From the human T2T-CHM13v2.0 reference genome, Homo sapiens, in the NCBI RefSeq assembly GCF_009914755.1, contig NC_060943.1: DNA of 64,000 bases; one strand, 5' to 3'. A program made the position numbers and the translations under genes. The notes below the pieces were generated by a model, which ran no database searches, was not told where the DNA came from, and was given only the letters and a program-made list of their open reading frames with translations. Below are positions 27,301 to 39,900 of this stretch, one piece after another. Every line of letters starts with the position of its first letter. The first letter of the stretch is position 1.

Positions 27301-30300
27301 AGAGTTGAATGATCCTTTACACAGAACAGTCTTGAAACACTCTTTTTGTGGAATTTGCTAGTGGAGATTTCAGCCGCTTTGATGTCAATGGTAGAATAGG
27401 AAATATCTTCCTATAGAAACTAGACAGAATGATTCTCAGAAACTCCTTTGTGATGTGTGCGTTCAACTCACAGAGTTTAACCTTTCTTTTCATAGAGCAG
27501 TTAGGAAACACTCTGTTTGTAAAGTCTGCAAGTGGATATTCAGACATCCTTGAGGCTTTCGTTGGAAACGGGATTTCTTCATATTCTGCTAGAAAGAAGA
27601 ATTCTCAGTAACTTCCTTGTGTTGTGTGTATTCAACTCACAGAGTTGAACGATCCTTTACACAGAGCAGACTTGAAACACTCTTTTTGTGGAATTTGCAA
27701 GTGGAGATATCAGCCGCTTTGAGGTCAATGGTAGAATAGGAAATATCTTCCTATAGAAACTAGACAGAATGATTCTCAGAAACTCCTTTGTGATGTGTGC
27801 GTTCAACTCACAGAGTTTAACCTTTCTTTTCATAGAGCAGTTAGGAAACACTCTGTTTGTAAAGTCTGCATGTGGATATTCAGACATCTTTGAGGCTTTC
27901 GTTGGAAACGGGATTTCTTCATATTCTGCTAGACAGAAGAATTCTCAGTAACTTCCTTCTGTTGTGTGTATTCAACTCACACAGTTGAACGATCCTTTAC
28001 ACAGAGCAGACTTGAAACACTCTTTTTGTGGAATTTGCAAGTGGAGATTTCAGCCGCTTTGAGGTCAATGGTAGAAAAGGAAATATCTTCGTATAAAAAC
28101 TAGACAGAGTGATTCTCAGAAACTCCTTTGGGATGTCTGCGTTCAACTCACAGAGTTTAACCTTTCTTTTCATAGAGCAGTTAGGAAACACTCTGTTTGT
28201 AAAGTCTGCAAGTGGATATTCAGACCTCCTTGAGGCCTTCGTTGGAAACGGGATTTCTTCATATTCTGCTATACAGAAGAATTCTCAGAAACTTCCTTGT
28301 GTTGTGTGTATTCAACTCACAGAGTTGAACGATCGTTTACACACAGCAGACTTGAGACACTCTTTTTGTGGAATTTGTAAGTGGAGATTTCAGCCGCTTT
28401 GAGGTCAATGGTAGAAAAGGAAATATCTTCATATAAAAACTAGACAGAATGATTCTCAGAAACTCCTTTGTGATGTGTGCGTTCAACTCACAGAGTTTAA
28501 CCTTTCTTTTCATAGAGCAGTTAGGAAACACTCTGTTTGTAAAGTCTGCAAGTGGATATTCAGACCTCTTTGAGGCCTTCGTTGGAAACGGGATTTCTTC
28601 ATATTATGCTAGACAGAAGAATTCTCAGTAACTTCCTTGTGTTGTGTGTATTCAACTCACAGAGTTGAACGATCCTTTACACAGAGCAGACTTGAAACAC
28701 TCTTTTTGTGGAATTTGCAAGTGGAGATTTCAGCCGCTTTGAGGTCAATGGTAGAAAAGGAAATATCTTCGTATAAAAACTACACAGAATGATTCTCAGA
28801 AACTCCTTTGTGATGTGTGCGTTCAACTCACAGAGTTTAACCTTTCTTTTCATAGAGCAGTTAGGAAACACTCTGTTTGTAAAGTCTGCAAGTGGATATT
28901 CAGACCTCCTTGAGGCCTTCGTTGGAAACGGGATTTCTTCATATTATGCTAGACACAAGAATTCTCAGTAACTTCCTTGTGTTGTGTGTATTCAACTCAC
29001 AGAGTTGAACGATCCTTTACACAGAGCAGACTTGAAACACTCTTTTTGTGGAATTTGCAAGTGGAGATTTCAGCCGCTTTGAGGTCAATGGTAGAATAGG
29101 AAATATCTTCCTATAGAAACTAGACAGAATGATTCTGAGAAACTCCTTTGTGATGTGTGCGTTCAACTCACAGAGTTTAACCTTTCTTTTCATAGAGCAG
29201 TTAGGAAACACTCTGTTTGTAAAGTGTGCAAGTGGATATTCAGACCTCCTTGAGGCCTTCGTTGGAAACGGGATTTCTTCATATTATGCTAGACAGAAGA
29301 ATTCTCAGTAACTTCCTTGTGTTGTGTGTATTCAACTCACAGAGTTGAACGATCCTTTACACAGAGCAGACTTGAAACACTCTTTTTGTGGAATTTGCAA
29401 GTGGAGATATCAGCCGCTTTGAGGTCAATGGTAGAATAGGAAATATCTTCCTATAGAAACTAGACAGAATGATTCTCAGAAACTCCTTTGTGATGTGTGC
29501 GTTCTACTCACAGAGTTTAACCTTTCTTTTCATAGAGCAGTTAGGAAACACTCTGTTTGTAAAGTCTGCAAGTGGATATTCAGACATCTTTGAGACTTTC
29601 GTTGGAAACGGGATTTCATCATATTCTGCTAGACAGAAGAATTCCCAGAAACTTCGTTGTGTTGTGTGTTTTCAACTCACAGAGTTCAACGATCCTTTAC
29701 ACAGAGTAGACTTGAAACACTCTTTTTGTGGAATTGGCAGGGTGGAGATTTCAGCCGCTTTGAGGTCAATGGTAGAAAAGGAAATATCTTCGTATAAAAA
29801 CTAGACAGAGTGATTCTCAGAAACTCCTTTGTGATGTGTGCGTTCAACTCACAGAGTTTAACCTTTCTTTTCATAGAGCAGTTAGGAAACACTCTGTTTG
29901 TAAAAGTCTGCAAGTGGATATTCAGACATCCTTGAGGCTTTCGTTGGAAACGGGATTTCTTCATATTCTGCTAGAAAGAAGAATTCTCAGTAACTTCCCT
30001 GTGTTGTGTGTATTCAACTCACAGAGTTGAACGATCCTTTACAGAGAGCAGACTTGAAACACTCTTTTTGTGGAATTTGCAAGTGGAGATTTCAGCCGCT
30101 TTGAGGTCAATGGTAGAATAGGAAATATCTTCCTATAGAAACTAGACAGAATGATTCTCAGAAACTCCTTTGTGATGTGTGCGTTCAACTCACAGAGTTT
30201 AACCTTTCTTTTCATAGAGCAGTTAGGAAACACTCTGTCTGTAAAGTCTGCAAGTGGATATTCAGACCTCCTTGAGGCCTTCGTTGGAAACGGGATTTCT

Positions 30301-30377
30301 ACATATTATGCTAGACAGAAGAATTCTCAGTAACTTCCTTGTGTTGTGTGTATTCAACTCACAGAGTTGAACGATCA
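22894..30377 (+). repeat. Tandem duplication, 2 x 3742 bp (11 dimers)
   Basis: Pairs 24027/27769 (TGCATGTGG), 25047/28789 (CTACACAG), 25387/29129 (AGTGTGC), 25727/29469, +A insertion GTAAAAGT at about 26161/29903, GATCATTT 26635/30377. Junction lies at 26636-26688. Confidence 0.92.
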
Positions 30378-30949
30378 TTTACACAGAGCAGACTTGAAAC
30401 ACTCTTTTTGTGGAATTTGCAAGTGGAGATTTCAGCCTCTTTGAGGTCAATGGTAGAATAGGAAATATCTTCCTATAGAAACTAGACAGAATGATTCTCA
30501 GAAACTCCTTTGGGATGTCTGCGTTCAACTCACAGAGTTTAACCTTTCTTTTCATAGAGCAGTTAGGAAACACTCTGTTTGTAAAGTCTGCAAGTGGATA
30601 TTCAGACCTCCTTGAGGCCTTCGTTGGAAACGGGATTTCTTCATATTCTGCTATACAGAAGAATTCTCAGAAACTTCCTTGTGTTGTGTGTATTCAACTC
30701 ACAGAGTTGAACGATCGTTTACACACAGCAGACTTGAGACACTCTTTTTGTGGAATTTGTAAGTGGAGATTTCAGCCGCTTTGAGGTCAATGGTAGAAAA
30801 GGAAATATCTTCATATAAAAACTAGACAGAATGATTCTCAGAAACTCCTTTGTGATGTGTGCGTTCAACTCACAGAGTTTAACCTTTCTTTTCATAGAGC
30901 AGTTAGGAAACACTCTGTTCGTAAAGTCTGCAAGTGGATATTCAGACCT

Positions 30950-32580
30950 CCTTGAGGCCTTCGTTGGAAACGGGATTTCTACATATTATGCTAGACAGAA
31001 GAATTCTCAGTAACTTCCTTGTGTTGTGTGTATTCAACTCACAGAGTTGAACGATCCTTTACACAGAGCAGACTTGAAACACTCTTTTTGTGGAATTTGC
31101 AAGTGGAGATTTCAGCCTCTTTGAGGTCAATGGTAGAATAGGATATATCTTCCTATAGAAACTAGGCAGAATGATTCTGAGAAACTCCTTTGTGATGTGT
31201 GCATTCAACTCACAGAGTTTAACCTTTCTTTTCATAGAGCAGTTAGGAAACACTCTGCTTGTAAAGTCTGCAAGTGGATACTCAGACCTCCTTGAGGCCT
31301 TCGTTGGAAACGGGATTTCTTCATATTATGCTAGACAGAAGAATTCTCAGTAACTTCCTTGTGTTGTGTGTATTCAACTCACAGAGTTGAATGATCCTTT
31401 ACACAGAGCAGACTTGAAACACTCTTTTTGTGGAATTTGCAAGCGGAGATTTCAGCCGCTTTGAGTTCAATGGTAGAATAGGAAATATCTTCTTATAGAA
31501 ACTAGACAGAATGATTCTCAGAAACTCCTTTGTGATGTGTGCGTTCAACTCACAGAGTTCAACCTTTCTTTTCATAGAGCAGTTGGGAAACACTCTGTTT
31601 GTAAAGTCTGCAAGTGGATATTCAGACTTCTTTGAGGCCTTCGTTGGAAGCGGGATTTCTTCATATTCTGCTTGACAGAAGAATTCTCAGTAACTTCCTT
31701 GTGTTGTGTGTATTCAACTCACAGAGTTGAACGATCCTTTACACAGAGCAGACTTGAAACACTCTTTTTGTGGAATTTGCAAGTGGAGATTTCAGCCGCT
31801 TTGAGGTCAATGGTAGAATAGGAAATATCTTCCTATAGAAACTAGACAGAATGATTCTCAGAAACTCCTTTGTGATGTGTGCGTTCAACTCACAGAGTTT
31901 AACCTTTCTTTTCATAGAGCAGTTAGGAAACACTCTGTTTGTAAAGTCTGCAAGTGGATATTCAGACATCCTTGAGGCTTTCGTTGGAAACGGGATTTCT
32001 TCATATTCTGCTAGAAAGAAGAATTCTCAGTAACTTCCTTGTGTTGTGTGTATTCAACTCACAGAGTTGAATGATCCTTTACACAGAACAGTCTTGAAAC
32101 ACTCTTTTTGTGGAATTTGCAAGTGGAGATTTCAGCCGCTTTGAGGTCAATGGTAGAATAGGAAATACCTTCCTATAGAAACTAGACAGAATGATTCTCA
32201 GAAACTCCTTTGTGATGTGTGCGTTCAACTCACAGAGTTTAACCTTTCTTTTCATAGAGCAGTTAGGAAACACTCTGTTTGTAAAGTCTACAAGTGGATA
32301 TTCAGACATCTTTGAGGCTTTCGTTGGAAACGGGATTTCTTCATATTCTGCTAGACAGAAGAATTCTCAGAAACTTCGTTGTGTTGTGTGTTTTCAACTC
32401 ACAGAGTTCAACGATCCTTTACACAGAGTAGATTTGAAACACTCTTTTTGTGGAATTGGCAGGGTGGAGATTTCAGCCGCTTTGAGGTCAATGGTAGAAA
32501 AGGAAATATCTTCGTATAAAAACTAGACAGAGTGATTCTCAGAAACTCCTTTGGGATGTCTGCGTTCAACTCACAGAGTT
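30950..32580 (+). repeat. Dispersed copy of about 340-1970 (offset 30613)
   Basis: Same ordered markers: TTTCTACAT, ACTAGGCAG (558/31171), CTTGACAG (898/31511), AATACCTT, GATTTGAA with +G, GGGATGTCT. Confidence 0.8.
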
Positions 32581-35500
32581 TAACCTTTCTTTTCATAGAG
32601 CAGTTAGGAAACACTCTGTTTGTAAAGTCTGCAAGTGGATATTCAGACATCTTTGAGGCTTTCGTTGGAAACGGGATTTCTTCATATTCTGCTAGACAGA
32701 AGAATTCTCAGAAACTTCGTTGTGTTGTGTGTTTTCAACTCACAGAGTTCAACGATCCTTTACACAGAGTAGACTTGAAACACTCTTTTTGTGGAATTGG
32801 CAGGGTGGAGATTTCAGCCGCTTTGAGGTCAATGGTAGAAAAGGAAATATCTTCGTATAAAAACTAGACAGAGTGATTCTCAGAAACTCCTTTGTGATGT
32901 CTGCGTTTAACTCACAGAGTTTAACCTTTCTTTTCATAGAGCAGTTAGGAAACACTCTGTTTGTAAAGTCTGCAAGTGGATATTCAGACCTCCTTGAGGC
33001 CTTCGTTGGAAACGGGATTTCTTCATATTATGCTAGACACAAGAATTCTCAGTAACTTCCTTGTGTTGTGTGTATTCAACTCACAGAGTTGAACGATCCT
33101 TTACACAGAGCAGACTTGAAACACTCTTTTTGTGGAATTTGCAAGTGGAGATTTCAGCCGCTTTGAGGTCAATGGTAGAATAGGAAATATCTTCCTATAG
33201 AAACTAGACAGAATGATTCTCAGAAACTCCTTTGTGATGTGTGCGTTCAACTCACAGAGTTTAACCTTTCTTTTCATAGAGCAGTTAGGAAACACTCTGT
33301 TTGTAAAGTCTGCAAGTGGATACTCAGACCTCCTTGAGGCCTTCGTTGGAAACAGGATTTCTTCATATTATGCTAGACAGAAGAATTCTCAGAAACTTCC
33401 TTGTGTTGTGTGTATTCAACTCACAGAGTTGAACGATCCTTTACACAGAGCAGACTTGAAACACTCTTTTTGTGGAATTTGCAAGTGGAGATTTCAGCCG
33501 CTTTGAGTTCAATGGTAGAATAGGAAATATCTTCCTATAGAAACTAGACAGAATGATTCTCAGAAACTCCTTTGTGATGTGTGCGTTCAACTCACAGAGT
33601 TCAACCTTTCTCTTCATAGAGCAGTTGGGAAAAACTCTGTTTTTAAAGTCTGCAAGTGGATATTCAGACTTCTTTGAGGCCTTCGTTGGAAGCGGGGTTT
33701 CTTCATATTCTGCTAGACAGAAGAATTCTCAGTAACTTCCTTGTGTTGTGTGTATTCAACTCACAGAGTTGAACGATCCTTTACACAGAGCAGACTTGAA
33801 ACACTCTTTTTGTGGAATTTGCAAGTGGAGATTTCAGCCGCTTTGAGGTCAATGGTAGAATAGGAAATATCTTCCTATAGAAACTAGACAGAATGATTCT
33901 CAGAAACTCCTTTGTGATGTGTGCGTTCAACTCACAGAGTTTAACCTTTCTTTTCATAGAGCAGTTAGGAAACACTCTGTTTGTAAAGTCTGCAAGTGGA
34001 TATTCAGACATCTTTGAGGCTTTCGTTGGAAACGGGATTTCTTCATATTCTGCTAGACAGAAGAATTCTCAGTAACTTCCTTCTGTTGTGTGTATTCAAC
34101 TCACAGAGTTGAACGATCCTTTACACAGAGCAGACTTGAAACACTCTTTTTGTCGAATTTGCAAGTGGAGATTTCAGCCGCTTTGAGGTCAATGGTAGAA
34201 TAGGAAATATCTTCCTATAGAAACTAGACAGAATGATTCTCAGAAACTCCTTTGTGATGTGTGCGTTCAACTCACAGAGTTTAACCTTTCTTTTCATAGA
34301 GCAGTTAGGAAACACTCTGTTTGTAAAGTCTGCAAGTGGATATTCAGACATCCTTGAGGCTTTCATTGGAAACGGGATTTCTTCATATTCTGCTAGAAAG
34401 AAGAATTCTCAGTAACTTCCTTGTGTTGTGTGTATTCAACTCACTGAGTTGAATGATCCTTTACACAGAACAGTCTTGAAACACTCTTTTTGTGGAATTT
34501 GCTAGTGGAGATTTCAGCCGCTTTGATGTCAATGGTAGAATAGGAAATATCTTCCTATAGAAACTAGACAGAATGATTCTCAGAAACTCCTTTGTGATGT
34601 GTGCGTTCAACTCACAGAGTTTAACCTTTCTTTTCATAGAGCAGTTAGGAAACACTCTGTTTGTAAAGTCTGCAAGTGGATATTCAGACATCTTTGAGGC
34701 TTTCGTTGGAAACGGGATTTCTTCATATTCTGCAAGACAGAAGAATTCTCAGAAACTTCGTTGTGTTGTGTGTTTTCAACTCACAGAGTTCAACGATCCT
34801 TTACACAGAGTAGACTTGAAACACTCTTTTTGTGGAATTGGCAGGGTGGAGATTTCAGCCGCTTTGAGGTCAATGGTAGAAAAGGAAATATCTTCGTATA
34901 AAAACTAGACAGAGTGATTCTCAGAAACTCCTTTGTGATGTCTGCGTTTAACTCACAGAGTTTAACCTTTCTTTTCATAGAGCAGTTAGGAAACACTCTG
35001 TTTGTAAAGTCTGCAAGTGGATATTCAGACCTCCTTGAGGCCTTCGTTGGAAACGGGATTTCTTCATATTATGCTAGACAGAAGAATTCTCAGTAACTTC
35101 CTTGTGTTGTGTGTATTCAACTCACAGAGTTGAACGATCCTTTACACAGAGCAGACTTGAAACACTCTTTTTGTGGAATTTGCAAGTGGAGATTTCAGCC
35201 GCTTTGAGGTCAATGGTAGAATAGGAAATATCTTCCTATAGAAACTAGACAGAATGATTCTCAGAAACTCCTTTGTGATGTGTGCGTTCAACTCACAGAG
35301 TTTAACCTTTCTTTTCATAGAGCAGTTAGGAAACACTCTGTTTGTAAAGTCTGCAAGTGGATACTCAGACCTCCTTGAGGCCTTCGTTGGAAACGGGATT
35401 TCTTCATATTATGCTAGACAGAAGAATTCTCAGAAACTTCCTTGTGTTGTGTGTATTCAACTCACAGAGTTGAACGATCCTTTACACAGAGCAGACTTGA

Positions 35501-36953
35501 AACACTCTTTTTGTGGAATTTGCAAGTGGAGATATCAGCCGCTTTGAGGTCAATGGTAGAATAGGAAATATCTTCCTATAGAAACTAGACAGAATGATTC
35601 TCAGAAACTCCTTTGTGATGTGTGCGTTCAACTCACAGAGTTTAACCTTTCTTCTCATAGAGCAGTTAGGAAACACTCTGTTTGTAAAGTCTGCAAGTGG
35701 ATATTCAGACATCTTTGAGGCCTTCGTTGGAAACGGGATTTCTTCATGTTCTGCTAGACAGAAGAATTCTCAGAAACTTCCTTGTGTTGAGTGTTTTCAA
35801 CTCACAGAGTTGAACGATGCTTTACACAGAGTAGACTTGAAACACTCTTTTTGTGTAATTTGCAAGTGGAGATTTCAGCCGCTTTGAGGTCAATGGTAGA
35901 AAAGGAAATATCTTCGTATAAAAACTAGACAGAATGATTCTCAGAAACTCCTTTGTGATGTGTGCGTTCAACTCACAGAGTTTAACCTTTCTTTTCATAG
36001 AGCAGTTAGGAAACACTCTGTTTGTAAAGTCTGCAAGTGGATATACAGACCTCTTTGAGGCCTTCGTTGGAAACGGGATTTCTTCATATTCTGCTAGAGA
36101 GAAGAATTCTCAGTAACTTCATTGTGTTGTGTGTATTCAACTCACAGATTTCAACGATCCTTTACACAGAGCAGACATGAAACACTCTTTTTCTGGAATT
36201 TGCAAGTGGAGATTTCAGCCGCTTTGAGGTCAATGGTAGAATAGGAAATATCTTCCTATAGAAACTAGACAGAATGATTCTCAGAAACTCCTTTGTGATG
36301 TGTGCGATCAAATCACAGAGTTTAACCTTTCTTTTCATAGAGCAGTTAGGAAACACTCTGTTTGTAAAGTCTGCAAGTGGATATTCAGACCTCCTTGAGG
36401 CCTTCGTTGGAAACGGGATTTCTACATATTATGCTAGACAGAAGAATTCTCAGTAACTTCCTTGTGTTGTGTGTATTCAACTCACAGAGTTGAACGATCC
36501 TTTACACAGAGCAGACTTGAAACACTCTTTTTGTGGAATTTGCAAGTGGAGATTTCAGCCTCTTTGAGGTCAATGGTAGAATAGGAAATATCTTCCTATA
36601 GAAACTAGGCAGAATGATTCTGAGAAACTCCTTTGTGATGTGTGCATTCAACTCACAGAGTTTAACCTTTCTTTTCATAGAGCAGTTAGGAAACACTCTG
36701 CTTGTAAAGTCTGCAAGTGGATACTCAGACCTCCTTGAGGCCTTCGTTGGAAACGGGATTTCTTCCTATTATGCTAGACAGAAGAATTCTCAGTAACTTC
36801 CTTGTGTTGTGTGTATTCAACTCACAGAGTTGAATGATCCTTTACACAGAACAGTCTTGAAACACTCTTTTTGTGGAATTTGCAAGTGGAGATTTCAGCC
36901 GCTTTGAGGTCAATGGTAGAATAGGAAATACCTTCCTATAGAAACTAGACAGA

Positions 36954-39900
36954 ATGATTCTCAGAAACTCCTTTGTGATGTGTGCGTTCAACTCACAGAG
37001 TTTAACCTTTCTTTTCATAGAGCAGTTAGGAAACACTCTGTTTGTAAAGTCTGCAAGTGGATATTCAGACATCTTTGAGGCTTTCGTTGGAAACGGGATT
37101 TCTTCATATTCTGCTAGACAGAAGAATTCTCAGAAACTTCGTTGTGTTGTGTGTTTTCAACTCACAGAGTTCAACGATCCTTTACACAGAGTAGATTTGA
37201 AACACTCTTTTTGTGGAATTGGCAGGGTGGAGATTTCAGCCGCTTTGAGGTCAATGGTAGAAAAGGAAATATCTTCGTATAAAAACTAGACAGAGTGATT
37301 CTCAGAAACTCCTTTGGGATGTCTGCGTTCAACTCACAGAGTTTAACCTTTCTTTTCATAGAGCAGTTAGGAAACACTCTGTTTGTAAAGTCTGCAAGTG
37401 GATATTCAGACCTCCTTGAGGCCTTCGTTGGAAACGGGATTTCTTCATATTCTGCTATACAGAAGAATTCTCAGAAACTTCCTTGTGTTGTGTGTATTCA
37501 ACTCACAGAGTTGAACGATCGTTTACACACAGCAGACTTGAGACACTCTTTTTGTGGAATTTGTAAGTGGAGATTTCAGCCGCTTTGAGGTCAATGGTAG
37601 AAAAGGAAATATCTTCATATAAAAACTAGACAGAATGATTCTCAGAAACTCCTTTGTGATGTGTGCGTTCAACTCACAGAGTTTAACCTTTCTTTTCATA
37701 GAGCAGTTAGGAAACACTCTGTTTGTAAAGTCTGCAAGTGGATATTCAGACCTCTTTGAGGCCTTCGTTGGAAACGGGATTTCTTCATATTATGCTAGAC
37801 AGAAGAATTCTCAGTAACTTCCTTGTGTTGTGTGTATTCAACTCACAGAGTTGAACGATCCTTTACACAGAGCAGACTTGAAACACTCTTTTTGTGGAAT
37901 TTGCAAGTGGAGATTTCAGCCGCTTTGAGGTCAATGGTAGAAAAGGAGACATCTTCGTATAAAAACTAGACAGAATGATTCTCAGAAACTCCTTTGTGAT
38001 GTGTGCGTTCAACTCACAGAGTTTAACCTTTCTTTTCATAGAGCAGTTAGGAAACACTCTGTTTGTAAAGTCTGCAAGTGGATATTCAGACCTCCTTGAG
38101 GCCTTCGTTGGAAACGGGATTTCTTCATATTATGCTAGACACAAGAATTCTCAGTAACTTCCTTGTGTTGTGTGTATTCAACTCACAGAGTTGAACGATC
38201 CTTTACACAGAGCAGACTTGAAACACTCTTTTTGTGGAATTTGCAAGTGGAGATTTCAGCCGCTTTGAGTTCAATGGTAGAATAGGAAATATTTTCCTAT
38301 AGAAACTAGACAGAATGATTCTCAGAAACTCCTTTGTGATGTGTGCGTTCAACTCACAGAGTTTAACCTTTCTTTTCATAGAGCAGTTAGGAAACACTCT
38401 GTTTGTAAAGTCTGCAAGTGGATATTCAGACATCTTTGAGGCTTTCGTTGGAAACGGGATTTCTTCATATTCTGCTAGACAGAAGAATTCTCAGTAACTT
38501 CCTTGTGTTGTGTGTATTCAACTCACAGAGTTGAACGATCCTTTACACAGAGCAGACTTGAAACACTCTTTTTGTGGAATTTGCAAGTGGAGATTTCAGC
38601 CGCTTTGAGGTCAATGGTAGAATAGGAAATATCTTCCTATAGAAACTAGACAGAATGATTCTCAGAAACTCCTTTGTGATGTGTGCGTTCAACTCACAGA
38701 GTTTAACCTTTCTTTTCATAGAGCAGTTAGGAAACACTCTGTTTGTAAAGTCTGCAAGTGGATATTCAGACATCCTTCAGGCTTTCGTTGGAAACGGGAT
38801 TTCTTCATATTCTGCTAGAAAGAAGAATTCTCAGTAACTTCCTTGTGTTGTGTGTATTCAACTCACAGAGTTGAATGATCCTTTACACAGAACAGTCTTG
38901 AAACACTCTTTTTGTGGAATTTGCAAGTGGAGATTTCAGCCGCTTTGATGTCAATGGTAGAATAGGAAATATCTTCCTATAGAAACTAGACAGAATGATT
39001 CTCAGAAACTCCTTTGTGATGTGTGCGTTCAACTCACAGAGTTCAACCTTTCTTTTCATAGAGCAGTTAGGAAACACTCTGTTTGTAAAGTCTGCAAGTG
39101 GATATTCAGACATCTTTGAGGCTTTCGTTGGAAACGGGATTTCTTCATATTCTGCTAGACAGAAGAATTCTCAGAAACTTCGTTGTGTTGTGTGTTTTCA
39201 ACTCACAGAGTTCAACGATCCTTTACACAGAGTAGACTTGAAACACTCTTTTTGTGGAATTGGCAGGGTGGAGATTTCAGCCGCTTTGAGGTCAATGGTA
39301 GAAAAGGAAATATCTTCGTATAAAAACTAGACAGAGTGATTCTCAGAAACTCCTTTGTGATGTCTGCGTTTAACTCACAGAGTTTAACCTTTCTTTTCAT
39401 AGAGCAGTTAGGAAACACTCTGTTTGTAAAGTCTGCAAGTGGATATTCAGACCTCCTTGAGGCCTTCGTTGGAAACGGGATTTCTTCATATTATGCTAGA
39501 CACAAGAATTCTCAGTAACTTCCTTGTGTTGTGTGTATTCAACTCACAGAGTTGAACGATCCTTTACACAGAGCAGACTTGAAACACTCTTTTTGTGGAA
39601 TTTGCAAGTGGAGATTTCAGCCGCTTTGAGGTCAATGGTAGAATAGGAAATATCTTCCTATAGAAACTAGACAGAATGATTCTCAGAAACTCCTTTGTGA
39701 TGTGTGCGTTCAACTCAAAGAGTTTAACCTTTCTTTTCATAGAGCAGTTAGGAAACACTCTGTTTGTAAAGTCTGCAAGTGGATACTCAGACCTCCTTGA
39801 GGCCTACGTTGGAAACGGGATTTCTTCATATTATGCTAGACAGAAGAATTCTCAGAAACTTCCTTGTGTTGTGTGTATTCAACTCACAGAGTTGAACGAT

